From: Camelus ferus
Taxonomy: Eukaryota
Assembly: GCF_009834535.1 (NCBI RefSeq)
Contig: NC_045696.1
Coordinates: forward strand, 44,580,001-44,644,000
Direction of reading: 5' to 3'
Length of the DNA: 64,000 nucleotides
The translations under genes were made by a program, and so were the position numbers. Under the pieces are notes generated by a model. That model was not told where the DNA came from. It saw only the letters and a list, made by a program, of their open reading frames with translations, and did no database searches. Below, piece by piece: positions 24,880-38,089 of this stretch; the first letter of the stretch is position 1; each line of letters begins with the position of its first letter.

Positions 24880-25430
24880 CATTCAGTCATCCTTTCCTCT
24901 CGCCCAAATATTTCATCATTTTTACCTTAGTGAGTTTTTCTGTCTGCCTTGAAATATTCATTTGTCTAGATCCCTTATCTTGAAATAAATCTTTATGTGA
25001 CTCCCATTCTCCTCAAGTCACACTCATATTTCTTTCTATTTACAACCATACTTCCTGAACATGTTTTTCTCAACTCTCATACCTTGACCTCCTATAATCT
25101 GAGCTGTTTTCAGTATTCTGTAATATATTTTAAAGAATATTTCCAAAGTCCTTAGACTTCTGTTTTTCTTTGTTCTTTATTGCCATTACAAAATCAGAAT
25201 ACATATCTTGCATCAAAAACATCAACTACGGAACTCCTTCTAGCAGGTGATAGAAACAGTAGGCTTAGCCTGGAAGATTTTTTTTAAATTCTAGAGCCTC
25301 ATCAACTCTCCACTATATTTCTACCTGGATATCCCACAATTACTTCAAAGCCATATGTCCAGAAATGAACCTAATCTTTAACCTAAACATATACCTTCTG
25401 ACTAATCATATTTTTTATTTTAATACTTTA
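24880..25430 (+). mobile_element. Degraded L2 body
   Basis: tttctacctggatatcccaca...cttcaaa...atgtccagaaatgaac is a typical L2 phrase in a C/T-rich tract. Confidence 0.55.
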
Positions 25431-25437
25431 ATCCCCT

Positions 25438-25666
25438 AGGAAAAGAACCAGTCATTTTTTTTTCTGAAAAAGGCCAGATGGTAGATATTTTAGGTTGTGC
25501 AGACCAGTGGGTCTCTGATCCAAGCACTCAACTCTGCCGCTGTAGCAGGAAAAAGCAGTTACAGACAAACAGAAATGAATGAGTATGGTTTTGTTCCAAA
25601 AAAACTGTACTTACAAAATAGAGAGCAAGCCAATTTTGGCCCATGGACTAGAGTTTGTCAACCCCG
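25438..25666 (+). mobile_element. MER58A hAT-Charlie MITE
   Basis: aaggccagatggtagatattttagg...actcaactctgccgctgtagc...tttggcccatggactagagtttgtcaacccc. Confidence 0.9.
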
Positions 25667-25877
25667 CCCTTGGAAAATCAGCAAATGACCTCACAGGGCC
25701 AATCAGCAATTACACAATGTCTTCTTCTCCCGTCACTTGAACTCATTGCTCTGATCAATTCCTATAGAATATTTGGACAGGATTATTCATTTAGACTTTA
25801 CAATTTTCTGGTTTGCTGCCTATATATTGCTACTCAAAGGAAAGCTGCTCATACAAGTAGGCTTACTGTGCAAAATT

Positions 25878-25990
25878 AATAGATTGTAAGTTCCTTAAAA
25901 AAAGAACTCTCATTTAGTCTTTCTGCATATCACAGTTCTTTATACAATGACTAGCGCAGAGTGGATGGATACTCAACAAGGATTTCCCAG
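25878..25990 (+). mobile_element. L2 3' end
   Basis: tagattgtaagttcctt...acaatgactagcgcagagtggatggatactcaacaa. Confidence 0.6.
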
Positions 25991-28900
25991 AGTAACCTGT
26001 CACTATATTCATTGCTTGCCTTTTCTTCAGATTGTTCATGGGGTTATCAAGAGTGAGTCCTATGAAAACAATTCAGTTTTAAACCTAGAACTTTTATAAA
26101 AATAATAATATCTTAACTTGCTCATTTCTGCTTGGAAAGTGGAGAAAACAGTCATCTCAACTGCTGATTTTGGCTTGAAGGAAGGAGTGATGTTAAGAAT
26201 GCTTGGTGAAGAAGAACTTAATTTGTAAGGAGGTAAGCGGAACATCAGGAACATCAGCCTCTCCACGGGTTCCAGGTTCATCCACAATCCTGATTACACT
26301 GAGTCTGCCCAATGATGTCATCCAATTCGTTTGTATTTGGTTCGTTTACTCATTGGCAATCTACCCATATGGCATGCATTTTAAGTGCGATGCTGTAATG
26401 GAGGGTCATCACGCCTTTTTATACCTACTGAAGGCAATATAATCAGTCCTCTAATCTTCAAAGCTTTGACTTCTTCTACAAATGCTTATAAATTCATTTT
26501 CATCCTGGGTGGAATCATGGCCACATAAAACAACAAGGAAAATGAATTGTGATCCATCAGAATCAGAAGTTAATGTAGTGTAAATGAAAAGAAAGCTTCA
26601 TCCTTTAATAACTTTCTAGACCAAACCAAATTGAGAGAATTACAAACTAGACAGCTTTCTTTCCCAGTGGGTATTAATTGTGGATTTCTTTTAGTTTATG
26701 TCATATATGTATAAATTCAGTACCAATTTTTAAGTACCTTAGCTACAGCACTTTCTAGTACATTAACAAATAAGTACATTTGCTTAATAGATCATGCAAA
26801 CAATGATTTAGGAGCAGGAAGGTAAGAGGTTGCTCTTGTATTAGTGGCAATTTTCTGCTTTTAGACTAACTATTCAGTTATCATCAAATAAGCTTTAAGA
26901 TGTAATTTACTAATTGCTACCAAATGGCTTACAATTTAACATTTCTCAAAATGTTGACCTAAAGGTTACAACTCTCTAAAATATTAAATTATTTATCGGG
27001 CATCTGCTGACCTTGTCACATTGACAATAAAATTCTTCAGCTCTCCAAGTTGCCCCAAATCATTTATGTTTTGATAGACTAGAAATGGAATATCTGGTAT
27101 TTTCCAGTTACTTAATTAGCCTCTTACTCAAAACATGTCTCTAAATCTTTCACTCAATATAATCTAGCTGCCATTTTTTACATTTATATACCAACTTTAA
27201 AATTCTTAGCTTCCAAACATAATTTATTAAATAATAATTGATTCAAATGAGACTATACATGGCAACAAGAAGAGAATTTTATAATGTAGCATTATGCCAA
27301 ATATCTTATCTTTCTATAAAACTCTCAGAAATGAAGTCAGATTCTATGAAGCGTAAGCTTATTACTAGAGAGAGGAAACTAATTATGACAAGACATCGAC
27401 TTGGATTATGTGTAGATAGATACCAGAGATGAAATACAATGAAGATGAATATGACGAAAACACTGATAGAGTAATTCAGCCTAAGATTATGCCATGAGCA
27501 ACTGGCTCAGGAGAAGAAATTCATAGCACAATGATAAATCAGGAAAAAACACTTGCCTAATTCATCTATGATCAAGAAGTTTCCAAATTGAGTCATACTA
27601 TTAAGGGAAATAAGAATCTTACTTGTGGATTTTGTGATGAAAATACGGTTACAGGCATCACTGAGCAGAGGAAAGAGAATGGGAAAATTTATTGTCTCTG
27701 TTAAAGCCAAAAGAGCCAAGGGAAAAGCAAGTTTCCTCTAAATTTTGATATAAAGAAGAATGAGGTAATATTGAAAACCTTGAGGAACTCAAAACTATGT
27801 TCCTGGAAAGGACCACAGGAATGGCTATTAAAGGAGATCATTTCAATGAGCTTTGAAAAAATCCGATAAGATAAAAAGTACACTTGTACTAAGATGAATA
27901 TACAGGATCAGTTTGAATTGATCTGATTAGGACACCTATTGTGAGGCTATCAAATGCCCACTGGCTTTATATGCTGTTGAAATTCACTGCTGCAAATAAA
28001 TAAGCAAAAGTCACTGTCTGCATGGAACAGACTGAGTTATAATATGGTTTAAAGAGTATTTCACTAGTTCATGGTGCTTCCTGAGTAGGGAAAATGATGA
28101 CACACAGAAACAAAACATGAGATTGCTATTTCAGAACCTGCCTTGCTCCAAGTTGATTAAACTATGTGAGAGAATTTCAAGATAAAAACCACCAGACAAA
28201 AAAGAATATTTATTTTCTATGTTGTACTGAAAACCATAAGGAGATGGAAAATTTTCTTTAAATCATGTGGATGAAATAGAAGCCATAATTTAGCAATTTA
28301 TAATGAGCTATGGTTCCAAGATTGAGAGTTTATGCTTTGATAAGATTCTTAAAAAATACATTTCCAGAGATATACTTTCATAATGAATAATTTAGTTTTT
28401 ATGTATGTAATTTATGTGAAAGATGAGCAGGAAAAAACCTAGTATCATCTTTATCTTATAAACTCTTTCTCCTTTTATCAATCGATTTGTGTGGTCCACT
28501 AAAAATCACTGCAAGTACCACAGCTGTAGACTCATATCCTTAGATGTGTATGTAATATGCACACTTTGATGTTCTTATTGCTTGAGAATATTTTCCAGCT
28601 GTGTTTTTGCATTACAGAGAATGATTCCATTAGTATAAAAATCTCTGCTCCGAACCCCTTTGAGGATTTGGTGGCATATGGTGCATCTTCAGGGGAGTAT
28701 GGAATGGTGGGCGTGGCGTCATGGTTAGGGTGAGGAGCTGCTTCTCTTCCACTCCAGGAGTCACAGTAAAAAGTATAAATTTGCTCCATACAATAAGGAC
28801 ATAAATGCCTTTGCCAACCTTTTGGCAATATCTTTTCCTCAAGCTGGCAAACAAAATTCAGCAGATGCTTCCCCAGATGACTCCACACTGATGAGCATTA

Positions 28901-29364
28901 TATACGCAATCGATCTCATACGATTGTACAACATAGATCATCATAAACATTGCATGTTTCACAGCCTGTCTGCCAACTGATCTATGATTCTGGAGGCTTC
29001 CTGGGCACAAAGGCATTGTGCATTTGATGGTCTGCCCACTGATCCAGGAGGGACAAATAAAATCTGTGACCACAACAAACCCTGGCTTCCATGATTTATC
29101 AATATGGATGAAGGTGAAAGGGGTACATTTTGAGCATGCTTTCTTACAGTGGCTAGTACAGAAGCAGGAAAAGATAAAACCTAAATAAAAATTCAGATAT
29201 CTTGACCAGAAGAAGTTCAAAAGCTCAGGTGACAGAATCCTCATATGGTTTGAAATAAAGGAATAAAGCTCTGAGCACCCAATCCAGAAGCACACTGACC
29301 CATTGCTGGACTGGCACTTATCTGCCCTCTAGTCTGCTGTTCCTTCCAGTCTACATCTGGAACA

Positions 29365-29720
29365 GTATGGTGTGCTAAGAAAAAAAAAATTAGTGTTGGA
29401 ACTCAGATGGCCTGGTTTCAAATTCCGTGTCTGCTCCTTACAAGTTATGTAACTGTTGGTATATTAATCCACTTAAATGTCAAATAACAACTATCCTTTA
29501 GGAGGCACTGTACTGGTCTCCACAAAAAGGGCACTACAGAAAATCCCAGAGTTATCATCTAATTTAAACTTTACTATAATACGAGATGTGGGCTAAGATC
29601 ACCCCCATTGTAAAATGAGGAAAACAAACCTTAGCACATTTAAATTAACTGACCAAGGTCATTCAACAAATAAGCCACCAATATGTCCCAAACTTACATT
29701 TCTTACACATCCAGACTATC
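29365..29720. mobile_element. Two MIR fragments in opposite orientation
   Basis: Plus: cctggtttcaaattcc...ctgctccttacaagttatgtaac. Minus: cccattgtaaaatgaggaaaac...tgaccaaggtca. Confidence 0.6.
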
Positions 29721-29789
29721 GCTGCCTAAGATCAGACCCCAACATCCCTTCCCTAAGTAACAGCAAAAGCTTCTTGGGGATGAAGAAAA

Positions 29790-30030
29790 GGGAACATTCA
29801 TGAATGACTCCTAGGTTTCTGCATTAGGAAAGCAGATAAATGGTAGTGGCCTTAACAAAGATATGCTGTAGAGAAAGAATATATATGGTGGTCATTGTGG
29901 CCTGGAGGAAGATGATGAGTTCAGTTCAGGGGAAGTTCTAATGTCACCTGTAGACTACACAAGTGGCTTAAGATCAATAGGCAGGCAGGTATTTGTGGTC
30001 TCTGGATTCTGGACAGAGCATGACTACATA
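29790..30030 (-). mobile_element. L2 fragment
   Basis: aatgactcctaggtttctg...tggtagtggccttaac...gatgatgagttcagtt. Confidence 0.6.
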
Positions 30031-30664
30031 CTGTAAAAGTACATCACATTTAAAAAAAGAGAAAAATAAACCAAGCAAAAGACAAAGAACCTAAACTAGA
30101 ACAAAGTAAATCTTATGGAAAAGACAAGAATTCCTCACAATTGCTCCATGTTATATAAAAACTTAATAAACCCATGGATTCAGTGAAACAAAAATTCAAA
30201 GATGGATAATAAAATAAAACAATAAGGTAGAAAGATGACTGAAGACCCAAAGGAAAAAAAGTGAAGATTGAAACCATCTCTATAGAACTGACAAATAAGT
30301 TAGATTAGAACAAAGAAAGTAGCAGATAGCCTTAGAATTCGAAGAATTGAGAGAGAGGAAATACTGTTATCATCAAACTAAAAGAAAATGAGTTTCGAGA
30401 AATTAGAGAAAAGCAAATGAGTAAAAAAAAAAAAAGACAAAGATGTCCCATTACAATAATTGCTGCTTCTGTAGTAAGAAATCCACTCAGAAAATGAATA
30501 AGTAAGTAACAGACTTTATTGAGTGATGTAGTTCAAGAAAATTACCTTGAACAACTACAGATTACAAGAGCAAACAGGAAAATTAGAAATAGAATGATCA
30601 CACAAAGACATATTATATTGAGCACCTGAACTTTAAGAATAAAAAGAAATATTTTTCTCCCATA

Positions 30665-31810
30665 TCAAGATGAGCTTCTGGTTTCTGCTGGGAAGGGTAG
30701 GGAAGGACGATGCACAGTTGCAAAGAGACAGACACCTTCAGGAACCAACGACATCTGAACATTTGCTTGTCTGAAGAAGACAGTTCAACACCAGTTAGAA
30801 TTCGGCTTGAATAGTTAACAAATCGAGGGAGTGAATGTGGGCTGCAAAGAGAGCGTGGGAGCCCATCAGGCTGCAGATACAAGAGAGTTTGTTTTCTCTT
30901 GCTGACTTTTGCTTTATGGACCCCACTTGTTGAAAGTCCTGGGATGCCTTTCATGATGTGGGGGTGGGGGCAGTACAAATCTCTAGTGGGACTCATCCCT
31001 GTGGAACAAGAGATTTAATTTGTAGGAGAAGGGGAACTCTGTCACTTTTAGGGCACTATCAGAGACCCACTGCAGCTAAGGGAAGGAAAGAGAGAAAAAA
31101 ATCTTGACCTCTGGGGCAGGGGCAGAAATGTATCTTATACCAAGAACTACAGCTGGAACAGGCACAGGAGCACTAAGAAGGCCACAGCACTGATACCCAG
31201 GGACACAGTGCACGCCTACGATTGCATCTTAATCAGAATAGTAAAGAATTATTCTTTATTATTGGCAACTTCCCACCACCACCAGACTAATAATGATGGA
31301 ATATGGCACTGAGAGCATGGAGATGACCCTCCCTGAGGTGCTGTGCAAAGGAATGTCCTAAAGCTGAAGGAGGAGCAAGCACTGAGAGAAACTCTCTGGC
31401 ATTTCAGCCCTGGTTCTAACCGCGAGGTCTCACCAGGGGTATTTGATGCCTATGGTGCACTGAAGATAACCAGTGAAACAATAAACTTCCAGTCCAGCCC
31501 AACCTCAGACCAGATTCAGTCAAACACCTGCTCTAAGGCCCTGACAGAAAGAGAGGTACATCCATTTCTGGAGATAGAAACTATGTAGCTCAATCTCTGC
31601 TGTCCTACATAGATGGCTACTAGCAACAAATCATTACTAGGCGTATGAAAAAGCAAGACAAAACAACATATCCCAAGATTCAAAAAATCAACACAATCAG
31701 GTTTACATATGATACCAGTGTTGGAACTCTCAAATAGGGAGTTTTAAATAACTACGCTTAATATGTTAAAGGCCCTAACAGACAAAAGTAGACAGCAAGT
31801 AGGATGGAGA
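30665..31810 (+). mobile_element. Old L1 (L1M4/L1MC-like) 5' UTR and start of ORF1
   Basis: Ends with gtgttggaactctcaaatagggagttttaaataactacgcttaatatgttaaaggccctaac, resembling ORF1 LELSDREFKITMINMLKAL. Confidence 0.6.
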
Positions 31811-31859
31811 ATGCTATTAAATACACACCAAGGCAGATAAAAAAGAACATTACCTACCA

Positions 31860-31925
31860 GAAGCAGAAGAAGACAAAGAAGAAGAGGAGAAGGAAGAGGA
31901 GGAGGAAGAGAAAAGAAAAGGAATC
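31860..31925. repeat. GAA/GAG-rich purine tract
   Basis: agaagcagaagaagacaaagaagaagaggagaaggaagaggaggaggaagagaaaagaaaagg. Confidence 0.85.
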
Positions 31926-32229
31926 AGGATGCTGACCTCAAACTTCACATCAAGATTCAGAAAAACGGACTGATACCTGAGAAGTCCTGAGGGCAGAAAC
32001 TGTGACTCATATTATACCCACACAAGGTACCATTCAGTTATAAATGCCAAGAAGTCATTATCAAACATGAAAAACATTCCAGGAATATGCTACTTACAGC
32101 CCTTGTTGGGAGAAAAAAAACTCAGACAATTCAGATTTTAATTAATATACACACCTAAGAAGTAGAGAGACTGTATCAGAAGACATAGAAGTGAACACTG
32201 AATTCATTCTCAAAAAATATAGTCATGCT

Positions 32230-32375
32230 TTCATTCAACTCAGTAAATATTATTGAGAAAAATAAAATTCAGTTGAATAAATATTGAGTGCCTACTAAGT
32301 TTCCAGCACTACTCTAGGTGATGGGGCTAGAGTGTTGAAAATAATCAAACAATATCTTTGTGTGCTTGAAGCTGG
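32230..32375 (-). mobile_element. L2 3' end
   Basis: aaatattgagtgcctactaagtttccagcactactctaggtgatgggg. Confidence 0.75.
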
Positions 32376-34044
32376 CTCATTTAGACATAAAATGACCAAG
32401 CAACCAAGAGAAATATGGTTTCAAAATTAAATGTGCATTTTATATATAATTCTAAGAAGATTCAAAACCAGTTTCATAAGCAATATGATCCAGGATATAA
32501 GGGTAGGCAAGCTGAGATGTGTTGAAAGTTCTGGATTCTTCTCTTTCACAGCAGGGTTTCAATTGTTTAAAATAGTAAACATACTGTTTTAAAGAAACAT
32601 AATAATACCAGAAGTCTTAACTATTTTTATAAATTTTTAAGGAAATCTTTTTTTAAAGATAAATTTATTTGAGATTCAAAAGGTCCTTTAACCTTTCATT
32701 TCAATCTCTTTTTCTCCATTGATTTCAAGTAAAAGTAAAATTAATGTTCTTTTATTTTTGAAGATATCTATAGCATAATCCAATATCTGTAAAATTATTT
32801 TTCTGTTATTTATTTGGACTATGTCTGGAATTATGTTTGCCTGCAATAATGAGGATTATTCCTAAATAATGGGCTTTGCTTTTTTTTTTCTTAAATGTTA
32901 TTTTGTACTTTTCTGTATTGCTTAAATTCTCTACAGTGAGTATACATTATTTTTACCAAAAAAATATCGATTTTTCTTTCAAAAATGGCAAGTTGTTACT
33001 GGGTGGTAGGGATATGAGTAACGATTATTTTTTTCTTTGTAATTTTAATTTCAAGAAAATTTTAAATAAAACATTAACAGTGTAAAATGCTGAGTAATGT
33101 TAAATGTGACAATGATTTTAAAAAGAAGAAGAAGAAGAAGAAACAGCAGGCTGGTAGAGAAATAAGTCACTGGGAGGATCGCAGGATACCGACCACAAGC
33201 ATCCCATGAAGGATCAGAGAAGAGCGTTCTCTCCATCCTTTTTCAACACTGAGTGAGGCTGCAGTTAGAGGCCTCTGAGTGATATTTTGGTCATTTTGGA
33301 GTAGGGATGGACAGCAAATCTGCACAAGAAGCAAGGGCTGCTGGGTCTGTCTGGCCCGCTGTAAGGGGAACCTGTGCAGCATCAGTGCCTGCCACACTGA
33401 TGGGCTAGATCATCTCTGTTTGGGTAACAGGATCCAATATTCTGGATAACCAGACTAATTCTCAAGCTGCTTTTGAAAAGATCCCTGAAAAGGGAAGCAA
33501 ATCACTTGCTTTGAAATATATTTATTTAATGTATCTAAAATGTACAGAGCAGGCACTTCTGTTCATATCTCTCTGAGATATGCTAATGGCTACATGGTAC
33601 CCCTCCCCTCCCAGGAAAGGGTTAAAAGGAAACAGGGAATGAGTCCAGGTTCCCTTTCATTGTTTATGTCAACTGATAGCACAAATCCTCTTGAAACCTG
33701 CAGCTCATCCTGCTCATTATCTAAAGTGGAACAAAACCTGCCATTAGTGTTCCAAAGGGGGCGGGGTGGGGGGGCGGTGGCTGGGAGGGGAGTGGAGGGG
33801 AGGGAGAAGCTTTAATAAGTGGAACATTCAGTGCAGGCTGGAGAGTGTCTGAAGCAAAGTTTTAAAGGAGAATCGTGTCAAAAACAGATTGCATATTTTC
33901 GTAATGTAAATTTTCTGGGTGATTTGGAGATTTAAAAGAAAGCAGTTCTTGTTACATTCACAATGTACTTCATGTTCTGAATCTATCTGCTGTCAGATCT
34001 GTCTCTACATGAATAGCAGCCCTTCAAATTCTCTGGCCATAAGA

Positions 34045-34197
34045 TTTTTTTTTTTTTTTTGTCTTTCATTATTTTTTGGTGAGGGGGAGGTAATTAGGTT
34101 TATTTATTTATTATTTAATGGAGGTACTGGGGATTGAACCTAAGACCTTGTGCATGCTAAGCAGGTGCTCCACCACTGGGCTATACCCCACCCGCCC
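34045..34197 (-). mobile_element. tRNA-Ala-derived SINE, camelid Vic-1 type, with 3' tail
   Basis: Minus strand GGGGTATAGCCCAGTGGTGGAGCACCTGCTTAGCATGCACAAGGTCTTAGGTTCAATCCCCAGTACCTCCA, then TAAACCTAATTACCTCCCCC and poly(A). Approximate TSD ataagatttttttt / agaagatttctttt. Confidence 0.88.
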
Positions 34198-35167
34198 AGA
34201 AGATTTCTTTTAAAACAATAGTGAAAGTCATCAATTAGCAATGAAAAAAAAAAGAAAGAAAGAAAATGAAAGCTATTCCTCATCCAGCAGGGATGCCTTT
34301 TAATGCTTTCTCGTCAGACCCCTATGGCTCAGCGGCTCTGTCAGTTACTTTAGGTCTCAGACATTGAACGTTTCTTTCAAAAGGTCATCCTCACATGGCA
34401 TTTTCCCCCATTTATTTTTAAATGTTCCAACCCTAGTAAGTTCAGCCACCTAAAAGCCTGAGATCGACAACATATTATAGTGCTGCTGAAACTAGGGCTG
34501 GGTCACGCCCACACCTTCACAGAGATTCTCCACATGCCATCTCTGTAGCTTCAACGGCCGTTTCAAAAATCACCTGCTTTCTAGGCACTGAGGTCTGTGT
34601 GGCATTGTGAAAATTAAAGAGTGCCACATGGTTTGATGTCTAAACTGATGGCCAAGGCATAATCTAGTATAAATATAAGGCATTTCAACCCGTAAGGAGG
34701 CAACAGTAGCTCTCCAGGCACGCGCACATGTGCAGGCCCAGAGCACTGCATCGTGCAATCCAGACAGTCTCTGCCCATTTCACAGTAATCACAGTCAGGG
34801 AGACACACACCTGCCAGAAAGTCACCTTTCAAGTCATTGTTTGTCTCTCCCCTCATGGAGAAAGTGAAATATACTTCAAAGCCTTAAATACATTCCAAGG
34901 ATGTGGGGACTTGTAACCACTCATGGGTGGGAGGCCCAAGCCAGTACATTCACACAGGACTTGAGATCAGAGCTGAGGCAAGCTTAAGAAATCTGCAGCC
35001 ATTGCTGGCCGAATGCATATGAGAAACGGTCAGCTATCCTCTCTGCTATAACTTGAGGCAGTAAAAGGATTCTCTCCCTACAGTGATTTCATCAAGTCTG
35101 AATAGAATATATACTTCAATTTAAAAAAAAAAAAACCTAAGAGCCCATCATTAATTCACCTCTTCAG

Positions 35168-35221
35168 CATGTGTGCACGTGGTGTGTGTGTTCATGTATG
35201 CATGTGTGTGTGTGTGTGTGT
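35168..35221. repeat. Imperfect (TG)n microsatellite
   Basis: Direct reading of the sequence. Confidence 0.85.
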
Positions 35222-35522
35222 TTAAATTAATAGGTAAAAGTTGGAAGGGGACTAGAAATCAGTACATGGAGAACTACATGTAATTAAATTACATAGCTGT
35301 TTACACGGTAACATGTCCACACATGTATCCCAAACAAGGCACCATGTGTCCTGCTGGAGGAAGTGAGGTACAGTGATACTTACTATAGATTTTTAAGATC
35401 TTATAATTTAAAGGAATGCAAATTCATTATCTTTTTCTTTTAGTAAGAATATAAGGCCTTAAATTTGTGCCCAATAAGCACAGCTGCTTAGTTTCTGCCT
35501 TAGCGCTATCGATACGTGAATG

Positions 35523-35830
35523 CAAAGCAAAACAGAAAAGGACAGAGAAAGAACAAGGAAGGGAAGGAGAGAGAGAGAAGGCTGAGGAGAGATACACAAG
35601 AAGAAAGACTAACACAGAAGACACAAGAAAACATCTAAGAAGGGAGAAGTAGTATCTGAGAAAGTCAGAGGGAGAGAGGATAGAAATGGAAAAGACAAAA
35701 GAGGCAGATAAAGGAGAAGGAAAAGTTAAATGATGGGAAAGACAAAGAAGTAGAAGAAAGAGTCCACAATAAAGAAAATAAAAACATGTTTTAAATACCT
35801 TCAAGAAAAAGAAGAAGAGAGACTGGGATA
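35523..35830. repeat. Low-complexity GA-rich tract
   Basis: About 300 bp strongly purine-biased on the + strand; this explains ORFs 35427-35804 and 35467-35652. Confidence 0.75.
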
Positions 35831-36169
35831 GAGGAATCTGTAGAAAAGCACAGTGGGTTCTGAAGCATTAGGTAAAGCCAGGCTCTCTCGTCCCACGTGC
35901 ACAGTGGGCATAGACCGCATGGCCAGTTCCCTTTCAAGTCCCGACTGAGTGCTGCGCAGAGCCCACAAGATCCCCTCTGAGCTGACAGCCATAGCAGGCC
36001 AGGGAAAAGAAGCTTTCTCTGAGTTACCAAAGGTTTGGCCTGTATGATTACACCTTAGACAGTACCATCCACCAAAAAGGAAAAAAGTGGGATCTAAATT
36101 CAGCTGAGATTTCCTACCTCTAATTCAAGTAAGATCTTCAGAAGATTCTCTGATTATGCCCCTCTAATT

Positions 36170-36363
36170 CAGGGCTTCTCAGCCGCGACACTATTAACAT
36201 TTCAAATAGGATAATTCTTTGTTGTGGTGAGACTCTGTGGATTGCAGGATTTTTGCAGAATCCGGGCCTCTCCCTACTCAGTAGTTACAATCAAAACTGT
36301 CTCCAGACATTGGCCATCGTCCTGGGAGAGGGGGTGTGAAGTCACCCCCGTGGAGCACCACTG
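36170..36363 (+). mobile_element. MER20 hAT MITE
   Basis: cactattaacattt...ggataattctttgttgtgg...acaatcaaaactgtctccagacattg...caccactg. Confidence 0.88.
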
Positions 36364-37239
36364 CTGTAACGCATTATTATCAGTGAGGTTACAAGATAGC
36401 AGAGAATAGCAAATAGGTGTTTTATGAATAAGGTACAAAGCTACACAGAAATTTGGTCCCAATTTCTCCTCATTTATCTTCATAAAACCATAATGTTAGC
36501 TTAGCTGTATACACCCCTTCTAGGATACCCTAGGACTTCTGAACTAACTAGAGTTTAGGCAGAGTTCCCAGAGCACCCAGTTCTGTCAGGACAGTTGATG
36601 GGCTCAACTCTTGGATGGAGGATTTGGCCACAGAATAAGATAGACCAACTCCAGTGCTGACACCTGCTTCAGTGTCAGATTAACTATGGGACGGCAGAGG
36701 AGCAGGGTTTTCTGGCACAGAATCCCCCATTAGAGTACCATTTTCCTCTTTCACGTCTTCTATTTGAAAACCCTCAGAGAACATTAAAACGCGTGTTTTA
36801 GCAGGCGCCTGGCTTTGCCCAACTGTAATTAGGATGCACAATATCTAAATCACCCCCCTGGATATCGGCCACAGGCAATTGAAACACAAGCAGAGCAGGA
36901 GGCAGGCAAGGTTCTGAGGATTCCAGCTGACTCCAGGAAGGAGCTCCAGCTCCCAGCCACCCTTGAACTTTACCATTGCCATTGCCAAGTCGTTCAGCCC
37001 TGTTATTTGAATTAGACAGCACTGTGATGAGGCACATCCAGCAGGGCACTGCTATATTATCTTTTCATAAGTAACTGCTGCACTTGTCCAGCTTTATGGC
37101 AGCCTTTACCTCATCCTTTTAACTGTGCATAAATCTGAGAGGACAATGCTTTTTTGTATGGAGAAAACAAATCTAAGTACCCAGAAAACCCTGTCGATAT
37201 TTGTTGGGGAAACAAATGAAACTAATAATATGTATACAA

Positions 37240-37690
37240 GTTAGAAATTTCAAACTTTATCCAAAAGGTTCAAAATGAAAAACGAAAACCTCTCTCATCT
37301 CCTAGTCCCTCATCCTTCTCCTCAAGGGCAACTGCCCTTTAAAGTTTCTAATGATTCTGGACACTAAGAATTTCTATACCTAAATACACGTATAAATTCA
37401 ATTCCAATTTTACATAGATTTCATATTAAGCACCCTCTTCTCTACATTTATGAAAATCTGTTTTAGTTTCTTCTATTTATATAGTGACCTACCTCATTCT
37501 TTTCAAGGACTGTTTTGTGTGAAACTGTGTGGATGTGTAACTTTCCCAGTCTGTATCCTACTTAAAGAAACTTACGTTTGTTTTTTATTGCTGCTGTTGG
37601 TATCGATATTACACACAAAGCAACAATGAATATCTTTGGACGTAAATCTCAGTGAACTTCAGCAAGTATATTCATAGCAAACCTATTTTC
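37240..37690 (-). mobile_element. Degraded L1ME-like 3' fragment
   Basis: ctacctcattcttt...tgtgtggatgt...gcaacaatgaatatcttt. Confidence 0.55.
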
Positions 37691-38089
37691 TAATGACTTC
37701 AGAAGTATATCATCTCTAGACATTCTCCTAGAAGCATTCATTCTGAGAAAAGTTCCCTAAAGGTCTCCCATTTCCTAGTCAACATTTACCTATTTAACTA
37801 GATTCTGTGTGTCAATTTGGACCAGTAGAGATTTAAACTGGAAATTTCAATATCATTGTGCTTGAATCATTGTGCTTGAATTTATATGTTTGTGTCTTTG
37901 CTGTAATTTGAACATGTGGGGTAAAAACTTATTTTTTGAATATATTTTGAAATGCTTTTCTGAGAAACATACTATAGTAATAATTATAACTATTGTTCAG
38001 ATAAAAAAAATCAAAATATGTTTATTATTTACATGGGTATTCTCCCCTCAATATTTTAACAGAATTTTTAATTAAATATACTTATGTCT

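Larger units (their letters stand above)
30050..32200 (+). mobile_element. Ancient L1/HAL1 ORF1-like remnant, interrupted by an L1 5' fragment
   Basis: A-rich ORF1-type phrases (gaaaattaccttgaa...cagatt...agagca...aagacatatt...actttaagaataaa) resume after about 31810 (gaatcagg...cctcaaacttc...attataccca). Confidence 0.5.

Noticed and set aside
28532..29295. Overlapping minus-strand ORFs of 118 and 145 aa as a pseudogene or exon
   Set aside because: I recognised no homology in the frames I translated and found no convincing splice-site pair; unsupported without a search.
29325..29340. CTCF-like ctgccctctagt
   Set aside because: It lacks the terminal GG of the core and has no supporting context.
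35427..35804. Hydrophobic 125-aa 'membrane protein' ORF
   Set aside because: It is an artefact of the antisense strand of a GA-rich low-complexity tract.
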